From Camelus dromedarius (lineage: Eukaryota): 64,000 nucleotides of DNA. The notes under the pieces were generated by a model, which was given only the letters and a program-made list of their open reading frames with translations, had not been told where the DNA came from and searched no databases. How positions within the stretch are numbered: position 1 is the stretch's first letter; each line of letters begins with the position of its first letter. This document shows positions 54,602 through 64,000 of the stretch, piece by piece. Location of the stretch: NCBI RefSeq assembly GCF_036321535.1, contig NC_087437.1, forward strand, positions 4,154,001-4,218,000. Direction: 5' to 3'. The translations under genes were made by a program, and so were the position numbers.

Positions 54602-54778
54602 ATCTCAAAAATGAAGGCATACAAAAATCACCAATGGTGGTTTTAAAGCATGTGGCTTTTATCTCAAAAATGAGGGCATACAAAAATCACCGATGGTGGT
54701 TTTAAAGTATGTGGCTTTTATCTCAAAAATGAGGGCATACAAAAATCACCGATGGTGGTTTTAAAGCATGTGGCTTTT
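54602..54778. repeat. Minisatellite, 3 x 59 bp
   Basis: Units start at 54602, 54661 and 54720, with three variable positions in total. Confidence 0.97.
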
Positions 54779-55816
54779 TCATAGCCATTCACACTCCTAA
54801 CTATGAAGCAGTAGTTCTGAGACAGGCTTAGGATTCTGTGCTTCTGAAGGGCTTGCAGGTGATTCTGAGCTGCTGGAAGGAGTGGAGAGGGCCAGGCAAG
54901 GGGATGGAATTAAAGATGAACTTGGAAATCGGAGCTGGGAGGAAGAAGCAGAGGGAGGGGCATAGACAGAGTGCGGTTGTGTTTTTCGTGAAAGAGAGTG
55001 ATACACAACTCAGTGCCAGCTCACAGTGGTCTGGGAACACTAAAAATTTCTTAAATGGTTAAGACTTCTGACTTTTCCCCAAGACTCTCCATTCAAGGGC
55101 ACACAAATCAGCCATCAGACAAAAGAATCACATTATAAATGAATAACAGGCATAGCATATGGAGGTGCTTATGAAAGTTATCGACCTTCGATTTGTGCAG
55201 TGCATCTGCAACTTATCAAAGCTCCTCTCTCAGTGACCAAACAAAATATCTGAAGCACAATTTACTCTCCACAAGGATGGGGCACATTATATAAAGTTCT
55301 CAGCAGCTTTTGCCACCCAGCTAAAGATGATTTTAAAAAAGAAAAAAAAAAAAAAAAAAAGGAAGGACTCGTACGAGTTCCCAGACAGCACTTGATGATC
55401 TGAGACTCAGATTTATTTTAAAGGATAAAATAATATATATTATCCTTCGGTCTGAGACTCTGTTTCCAGGCTACCACAGCCTCACATAATCCTCCACGGA
55501 AGTTCCAACACACTTCAACCCAGTGTAAGAGTAATTGGGTGGGATGGGAGCAAGAGAAAATTGACATTTTTTCCTATAGAACCATGCACAGTTATTTCTT
55601 CAGCCAAATTGGACCTTAAACTGGGTATGAGTATCTTAATTGCCAGACATCTGAAAAACCAAATGAAAAGTCTTGCTATTATTACTGAATGATGGTCGTT
55701 AAAGATGATGGTAAAAGGTATCTTTTTTCCGTTAAATATCCAATTACTTCTGTCTTTCTTGAAAAGGTTCCCACTTCTGAATTATTAGACTTTAGAATGC
55801 TTACCTCTAACAATAC

Positions 55817-56150
55817 TATCACAAAAGACAAAGAGACAGGAAGGGGGCAGGGCACAGCCATTCAAGGAATGATAACAGCAATTAACACCGAAATGGTGGA
55901 AGATTCAACCCCCAGTAGGCCTTGAGGCTCAAGATGGTGGGAGATCTGACTTCTAGTAGACTTTGAGCTTCATTGTACGCTCATTGTAACATATTAACAT
56001 GGTGAATAATACACCCACAAGTGCCATGACAGTCCCAAGGCTAGCCACAAAAGGTCAAAGAGTGGGCAGTGGCCAACTTCCTGGGAATCCCAGCCCCTTC
56101 CCCCAGACTAGTTAGACTGGTCCTTCAACTTACTAACATATGAAGCTACT
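55817..56150 (+). mobile_element. MER41-like LTR, 3'-truncated
   Basis: cttcattgtacgctcattgtaac...cacccacaagtgccatgacag resembles the MER41 core and the reverse complement of the 5385-5981 LTR. Confidence 0.7.
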
Positions 56151-57357
56151 GAAGCTACATCCTCAAGCCCCACAACCGTTTTTCCTGCATCAACAACACT
56201 GCCCGAATAACTTCTCTTTTTCTTTCTAAACCAAAACAGAATAAATTCCTGTGCCTTGAGGGCTGTTGTAATTCCCGTATCATTAGAGCAAACACCCCAG
56301 ATTGGCTGCATCCATTAAGAAGGACAAATATTCTGTTCTCTTCTTTAAGCTATGTCTGCCCAACAATAAAACGTTGTTTTAAATAAAAAATACACACACT
56401 TGGATGCCTTAATGCCAGAGTACCACGTATATACAGTTTCACTTCATCACCTTTTCAAAAAAGTTTTAGTTTTCAACTGACTGACTTTTTAATTCTTCAT
56501 TCTAGCTTCTATAAAGGAAAGTTTAGCTTGTTTTAAAGATAAAATTCAAATATACATATTTCAGCAACAGGGGGACAATATAGGGACATGAAGTGTTAAT
56601 CCAAGGAAAAGAACATTTACTCATCCAGGGAAGTTACGAAGAATTAATATTATTCATTCTTATGAATAATCAGCATGAAATTTCCCCTTTTCCTTTTAAG
56701 CTTGCATATTCTTAGCAACACACACGCTTTAAATGCTGGCATCCTGGCCAAATGAGCATTTTGGAAGACTTTAGATGCATAGATCGAATAGCTGAACAGT
56801 CTGTTTAAAAGGTCACCCTTTTAAATGAAAATGCAGCCAAAATTCTATGTATCTGATTTGCTTGAAAATAGAAACTCCTGACAAAAAGCATTATTGCTTT
56901 GCCATTAAAATGTACCGAGTAGATAGTGGGGAGTTTATTTTATTTTCAGTAAAAAAAAAAACAAACAAAAGCTTATACCTTCTCAAGTGCTCATAAATTC
57001 TGGGGCACTGGCCAGGCCAACTTGTAAAAGTCATTTTAATCCCTCCTTTGCTCTGATAGTCTCCAGATTGCTCCTTTGACATCACACTTACCTTCTAAGT
57101 TGTGGCTTCTAGAGAAATCTTAAATTTGGTGAAAATATCAGGCTCATTTCTTAGAGCTTGTGTCAGTGATCTCCAGAGTGCTACCTGTGACCATTTAAAT
57201 CTTCAATTCAAATAAAAGCAGCAGTTGTAGCTACCATCTTGAACTTGAAAAAAAAATTGCTTTTTGCACCAGCCTTATTTATTTCACTCTCTATTAAATG
57301 TTAAAAGAGGAGAGTCAAGTTACTTTCACATCACATCATAACTTTTCGTTTCCTTAC

Positions 57358-57566
57358 CCGAAGTGAGACTTGCAATTTCTCCAGAATCCTGATCTTTTTC
57401 ATACTTAGTCATTAATTTCGGTGGCATAAACATGTGGCTTGGAATGTAAACCAAATGGTCACTCCCACTGTCCCCCAACACAAAAGATGAGTCTCTTCCA
57501 GCACTTAATTCCTGACCAATGAAGCTGTTTTCTCCTGAAGAAATCTCATGCGGCTCAGAAGAAAAC
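57358..57566 (-). CDS. COL6A5: COL6A5 coding exon (209 nt, phase 2 to 1), unique domain FSSEPHEISSGENSFIGQEL...KYEKDQDSGEIASLTS
   Basis: Acceptor cctctttaccttctag|G and donor G|gtaagg; 69 full codons with no stop. Resembles COL6A5 GENGFIGQEL...EIASLTSG as recalled. Confidence 0.93.
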
Positions 57567-57769
57567 CTAGAAGGTAAAGAGGAAACTTTTAAGTGGATCT
57601 AAATAACTTTGTGGAATACAAATAAAATGTCTGAACAATTTAATATCGTTACTTAATCATTTGCTAAAAGAAAGACGATTAAGTTGTAAGAATCTAAATT
57701 TATTTCAATCAAATAATTCCTTCAGATTCGTTACACTACAAGGGAATTCTCCTACACATAGATAGAAGA

Positions 57770-60127
57770 ACAAATTCCTATCCTTCTCAAACTATTCCAA
57801 AAAATTCAGAGGACCAAACACTCCCAAATTCATTCTACAAGGCCACCTGACACCAAAACCAGTCAGACACTATAAAAAAAGAAAAATATAAGCCATTATG
57901 TCTGGTGAATATAAATGTAAAAATCCTCAACAGAATATTAGCGAACTGAACCAAACAGCATATAAAAGTATCACACACAGTGATCAACTTGGATTTATTC
58001 TAGGGATGCAAGAATGGTTCAGCATCTGCAAATCAATCAGTGTGATACACCACATTCACAAAAGGAAGGACAAAGATCACGTGATCACTTCAATAGATGC
58101 ATAAAAAGCATTTGACAAAATTCAACATCCATTCATGACCAAAATCTCTGATCAAAGTGAGTACAGAGGGAACATATCTCAACCCAACAAAGACCATTTA
58201 TGACAAATCCACAGCTAACATCATATACAATGGTGAAAAGGTCAACTGTTTTCCCATAAATTCAGGAACAAGACAAGGCTATCCACTCTCACCACTTCTA
58301 TTTAACATAGTTTTGGAAGTCGTCGCCACAGCAATCAGACAAGCAAAAGAAATACAAGGGCCCCCAATGGGGAGGGAAGAAGTAAAACTGTCACTATTTG
58401 CATACGACATGAAACTAACACCTCCACACAAAAACCATTAGAACCAATAAATGAACTCAGTAAAGATTCAGGATACACGATTAATATACAGAAATCTGTT
58501 GTTTTTCTATAAACTAAAAACTATCAGAAAGAGAAAGCAAGAAAACAATCCCACTGAAAATTACCAAAGCAATCTTGAGAAAAAAAAGCTGGAGATACAC
58601 CATCCTGGATTTCAAACTATACTGCAAAACTACAGTAATCAAAACAAAGTGGTACTAGCACAAAAACAGAAAAACAGCTCAATGGAACAGAAAGAGAGCC
58701 ACAAAATAAACTTACACACATATGGTCAATGAATCTCTGATAAAGGAGAAAAAAATATACAATGGGGAAAAGACTGTCCCTTCAGCAAGTGGTGCTGGGA
58801 AAACTGGACAGATACATGTAAAAGAATGAAGTTAGAACATTTCCTCACACCGTATATAAAAATAAACTCAAAATGGATTAAAGACCTAAATGTAAGATCT
58901 GAAACCATAAAACTCCTAGAAGAGAACATAGGCACAACATTCTCTGACATAAATAATAGCAATATTTTTTTGGATCTGTCTCCTAAGGCAAAGGAAATAA
59001 AAGCAAAAATAAACAAATGAGACCTAATTAAACTTAAAAGCTTTTGCACAGCAAAGAAAACCACTGACAAAACAAAAAGATGATCTACCAAATGGGAGAA
59101 AACGTCTGCAAATGGTACAACCCTCAAGGGGGTCAATATCCAACCTAGATAAACAGCTCATACAACTCAACAACAAAAAAACAAAAACAAACAAACAAAC
59201 AAAAACCCCGAAACAACTCAATTTCAAAAAATGAGCACAGAACTTGAATAGACCTTTTACAAAGAAGACAGCCAGATGGCCAACAGGCACATGAAAAGAT
59301 GCTCAATATCACTAATCATCAGAGAAACGCAAATCAAAACTACAATTAGATATCATCTCACACCAGTCAGAATGGCCATCATTCAAAAGTCTACAAACAA
59401 TAAATGCTAGAGAGGGTGTGGAGAAAAGTGAACCCTCCTACACCGTTGCTAGTAATGTAGTTTGGTGCAGCCACTATGGAAAACAGTATGGTGGTTTCCC
59501 AAAAACTAAAAATAGAGTTACCATATGATCCAGCAATCCAAGTCCTGGGTATATAACCAGAAAAGATGAAAACCCTTATTCAAAAATATACATGTACCCC
59601 AGTGTTCAAAGCAGCACTATTTACAATAGCCAAGACATAGAAGCAACCAAAATGTCCATCGACAGATGACTGGATAAAGAAGCTGTGGTATCTTTATACA
59701 ATGGAATACTACTCAGCCATGAAAAAGAATAAAACAATGCCATTTGCAGCAAAAAGGATGGACCTAGAGATTATCATACTAAGTGAAACAAGTCAGAGAA
59801 AGACAAATACTCTACGTCATTTACATGTGGAATCAAAAAAATGATACAAATGAACATATATAGCAAAACAGAAACAGACTCACAGATACAGAGAACAAAC
59901 TAGTGGTTATGAGAGAGGAGGGGGGAGGGGCAGGTTAGAAGAATGGGATTAAGAGATACAAACTATGCATAAAATAGATAAGCAACAGGGATATATTGAA
60001 TAGCACAGGGCATTACAGCCATTATACTGTAATAACTTTTAATGGAGTATAATCTGTAAAAATACCAAATCACTGTGTTGTACTCCTGAATCTAATATAA
60101 TAGTGTAAATCAACTATACTTCAATAG
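57770..60127 (+). mobile_element. L1 ORF2 (RT region) and 3' UTR, degraded with an internal deletion
   Basis: [19 protein letters not shown]...[10 protein letters not shown] motifs. Confidence 0.93.
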
Positions 60128-61549
60128 TATAATTGCAGCATGCATCATATTTTACATATTTCACCAATATGTACCATATTTATAATTTTTTTTTTTTTTT
60201 AGTTTTTAGGAATTTTGTTTTGGCAAAGCAGAATCATCCACTACATTAAATTGGTGTTCTAAATTGGGGTCTTATTGTACTTGCTTGGATGTGATATACA
60301 CATTTGTTTTCATTTGATAGTTGCCTAGCAACTAGGAGCACATGGGATTTGCAGCTAGATTGACATATGACCATGTTAAAATAACATGATGTTTAAACAC
60401 CATTTTGCAAGAACGGATTTTCCTTTAAATAAGATTCCTGCCTAGTGCATGCTGGGAAACACTGCTTTCCTCGACATCAGGGCCATGCTGTCCTCCAGAA
60501 GGTGTGGGCTGCTGGGAGCTTCCACGTTAAACCACTAAGTATAAATGAAGCCTGATGTCAGAGGAAGACGTACTTGCAGGAATTCTGAGAACATTTCATC
60601 TTGCCATTTTGCTCCTGGATAGGTGGGAGGGACCTATTTACCTATTCTATTCTAGAATAGAGGTGTCTATTCTGAGAAACTCTCTGCTTCCTTGCAATCT
60701 GGCAGGATAGGGTCACAATGGACCTCACTCTGGGCTTTCAGGGTCTGCAGTCAGGGGTCCAAGCTCAGTCAAGCACAGGGAGGAGCAGACAGCAGCCAAA
60801 GGGGCTATTCTCCTTCTGAGATTCAAGATCCATCAGATGCATTATTTACATTCTCATTCAGGATAAAAATTTAAAGCAAACTATTTACATGTGCAGTGAC
60901 ATTGTGGAGTCTTTCAGGCTGTGCTTTGGGAATGAAACAGTGAGTCACAGGGAACCCTGGACGTCACAGAGACAACACTGGGATACATGGTAGTAAATGG
61001 CTCAGCTGAGGTGTCAAAAGTTGCTTTAAAAAGTACGAAGTGTGGATTTTGACTGCCAGTTAAGACAGGCTTCAAAGAGGACACAGTTTCAATAAGGGCC
61101 ATGAGGGGTGGGTAGGGCTTTACAGACGGAACAGGGCCCCAGGCAGGGTGGCCAGAGGCCCTGGAGGGTGAAACAATAGTTCACAGAAGGCAGACGGGAG
61201 TCCAGCGTGGCCGGAACTCAGGCTACGGTGGGGAGAGGCGCGAAGGGAGGTTGAGGCGGCTTAAGGCTGAATCCCAGGTTCTATTCTGGAGTAAGCTTCC
61301 ATCAGGCATTTCTGAGGAAACCATGAATTTTACAGCAACATTGTAAGAGAGCTCATGAGGAGGTTTTAAAAACATCAATCTAGAAAGCCAGCTTGATGTG
61401 TAACTTCTGCTACAGAAAATGGAATACATCAAGAGCCTTTCCTTCAGGGAACTTATCAGCCTCCTCAGCCCCGTAACCTGCCATCAGCCCCGCTAAGCAC
61501 CCCTCGGCCAATCAACAGTCACTTGTAAACAACAGCAGCGCCAACTCAC

Positions 61550-61640
61550 AGAAGACTCATGTCTTCATTCTCCTCTCCTTCTGAGCTGAGGAGTCTGCAG
61601 GCGTCCTCAAGCATCGCTGGTGGGTACTGATTGAATCCTC
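61550..61640 (-). CDS. COL6A5: COL6A5 internal coding exon (91 nt, phase 1 to 2), Cys-containing linker GFNQYPPAMLEDACRLLSSEGEENEDMSL
   Basis: Acceptor ttttctcattcaacag|GA and donor CT|gtgagt. The peptide matches my recollection of COL6A5 GFNQYPPPMLEDACRL, and the phase fits the next exon. Confidence 0.92.
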
Positions 61641-61679
61641 CTGTTGAATGAGAAAAGTTACAGTTTCATATTTTTTTTA

Positions 61680-61769
61680 AATGTTTACTTCTTTTTTTAA
61701 CTTTAAAATTTTAATTTATTTTTAAATTTATTTAAAAAATTTTTTGTAGGGGGAAGTAATTTGGTGTGT

Positions 61770-61821
<52 letters not shown>

Positions 61822-62070
61822 TTTAATGGAGGCACTGGGGTTTGAACCTAGAAACTTGTGCATGCTAAGAATGCACTCTACCCTTGAGCTATACCCACTC
61901 TCCCTTAAAAAAAATACTTTATTTAAAAAAAAACTTTGTTTTGTTGGGGGGAGATAATTAGGTTTATTTGTTTGTTTGTTTATTTATTTTATCAAAAGTG
62001 CTAGGGATTGAACCCAGGACCTCATGCATGCCAAGCACGCGCTCTATCACTGAGCTCTGCCTTCCCCTCG
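61680..62070 (-). mobile_element. Two tandem tRNA-derived SINEs, with (TA)n at about 61773-61812
   Basis: Two heads ending near 61905 and 62068, each with a T-rich tail. Confidence 0.85.
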
Positions 62071-62889
62071 CCTAAAATTTTAAACTAGAAATTTTATTTG
62101 TTAGGGAAAGAGAATTCCAACAGGAACCTTCCTGCTACAACACATGTTCCTAAAATATTTCAGGACAATCTGGCCTGGATGAAAACAGAAAATAGTAGCA
62201 ATTGGAAAGCGCGTTCAGAACCTGATGTTAGACTGTTTTGCAGCCAAAGAACTGCCAAGGTCATGGACACGGACCTCCTCAGCTTGTTTGCGTGAGTGTG
62301 ACTTGTGATGCAGACACGCTTGATTTCCATATGCACAGCCTAACATAATTGAACAGAAATTTCATTCTGTCATGCTTTTTCACGCAGTCTTATGCTAATA
62401 GCGCACATGTCAGAAAGGTAATATTTTATGACATGATGTTATTTCTGTGCTTCTGCACCAAACAACACTGATTTCCTAGGAGGGAAATAATCAGAGGGTA
62501 CTGACCTAAATAATGTGTCCCTTTACCCCTTCCTGTTGTTCCATAACCTGCAGAATATTGAGAAATATACGTATACATCCCCCTCACTCAGGAAAATAAA
62601 TAGTTTTTAGTGAAAGGAGACCTTTGGCCATTGAATGATCAAAGACTCCATGAAAATATCTCAGAGAATACTTATGGTTTTACAATAATCACATTTCTCT
62701 GGTTCTAAGAGGAGCATTGTTTTTCTAATCCTCTGAAATAAGACTATGTCTTCGCATCAGTTGCAGTTGGCAGGTGCTGTCCGGGAGGCGGGAGCAGTGA
62801 CACTGCTGTCATCACCTGCGCAGGTGGGAATGCCCAACAGTCATCACCAACACACATGACTCAGGTGGAAATCAAAAGTAAGCTGGCCC

Positions 62890-62990
62890 TAGGAGGGCTG
62901 GGTGTAGCTCAGCGGTAGAGCGCATGCTTAGCATGCATGAGGTCCTGGGTTCAATCCCCAGTGCCTCCATTTAAAAAAAGAGAGAGAAGA
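62890..62990 (+). mobile_element. tRNA-Ala(AGC)-derived SINE with TSD
   Basis: gtagctcagcggtagagcgcatgcttagcatgcatgaggtcctgggttcaatccccag; flanked by aaaagtaagctggc and aaacgtaagctagc. Confidence 0.9.
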
Positions 62991-63663
62991 AACGTAAGCT
63001 AGCTCTCGATAGTTGCAAAGCTTACTTAAGAGCCCAGCAAGACCAGCGTTGGCTTACTTTATAGGGTCTTTTTAACTTGCCACACCATCATCAGTCTTGA
63101 CAGCTTAAAGAACAACACTGCACTGAAAAAAGTGGGCATCGATGCCTCTGAGTCAAGAAGTAGCTCACAAGAGTCAAATTTTGAACAAGAAGAAGTCTTA
63201 GGAATGCCTTAATCAATCTGTTTCACGTATGCATGTGCAAGAGTGACATGGTCGTCTGTAAAAGAACTCTTTCCGTTACCATAAAATAAAAAGCTCTAAG
63301 AGGAAAGTTGATATCAACATTTACCCAGAAGCCCTTCTTTCTTCCTTTTTACATCATATAATGGCACATTATACAATGGAAGGCATTTAGGGTTAAAGAA
63401 ATAACATGACTTCCCCAAGGGAACGATGACTGGATTCTTCAACCGCACATGAGTCAGAGGAGAAAGGAAAATGGTTCTCCTCCTCCAATGAGGAGTCAAC
63501 TGTGAAGACGCTGTCACGCTGGTGATATTGGAGTTTCCCTGAATACGGGGGCAATGTGGGGCTTCTAGGGGGCTGGGAGTGGTTCCAGTGGAACCTAAGT
63601 CCAAGCCCGCCAGAGTCCCAGAAAGAACGGACTCAGCCCCAACTCCGCGGGAACCCCGCAGAG

Positions 63664-63865
63664 CAGGCTTTCTCAGCTCAGCGCTGTTGACACTTGGGGC
63701 TGGACCGTTCTTTCCACTGGAGGGGACGAGGGTGTCCTGTTTAACAGCGTCCCTGGTTTCTAGATACCAGTACTCTCCTCTCCCTCAGTTGTGACAACCA
63801 AAAATGCCTCCAGACATCCCCAAAAGGCATCTTGTGGGGGGACCATCCCCCACTGAGAACCACTG
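63664..63865. mobile_element. MER20-like element
   Basis: cagttgtgacaaccaaaaatgcctccagacat...tgagaaccactg. Confidence 0.85.
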
Positions 63866-64000
63866 CTCTAGGAAGAGGGTCTCAAGCCATTTGTGGTGAA
63901 GGACAAGGTGTCACACTGATCCGTTTGCTTTACATCTTGTTCAACGAGACCAAATCCGCTCTTCACACACTTGTAAGATGTGGCCATGTCAGATTGCTTT

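Noticed and set aside
54602..54778. CRISPR-like array
   Set aside because: Contiguous units with no unique spacers, no cas genes, mammalian intron.
62898..62969. Functional tRNA-Ala(AGC) gene
   Set aside because: Mispaired acceptor stem, A-rich tail and TSD; one of many related SINE copies.

Overview
Mammalian genomic DNA, probably camelid: it carries many short tRNA-Ala-derived SINEs resembling the camelid Vic-1 family, recognised from memory and not database-checked. The minus strand holds the last six coding exons of COL6A5 (collagen VI alpha-5). I checked their splice sites and phases by hand, and they join into one open frame ending DAEDTR* with a candidate 3' UTR and poly(A) signal. 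About 24 kb further along the minus strand is a CpG-island promoter with an ATG-free first exon, most likely COL6A6 from known gene order. The rest is mainly L1, L2, HAL1, MIR, MER5/MER20/Tigger, MLT1 and two MER41-like LTRs. I found no convincing new biological system and no prokaryotic-type array. The most notable observations are a pure (CAG)9 poly-Gln tract in a COL6A5 exon, a visible internal duplication of the COL6A5 C-terminal exon module, a STAT6-type site in an intronic MER41-like LTR, several chimeric or nested retrotransposition events, a 3x59 bp minisatellite and a CpG-rich patch inside ancient repeats. Exon coordinates are exact; repeat boundaries are approximate.
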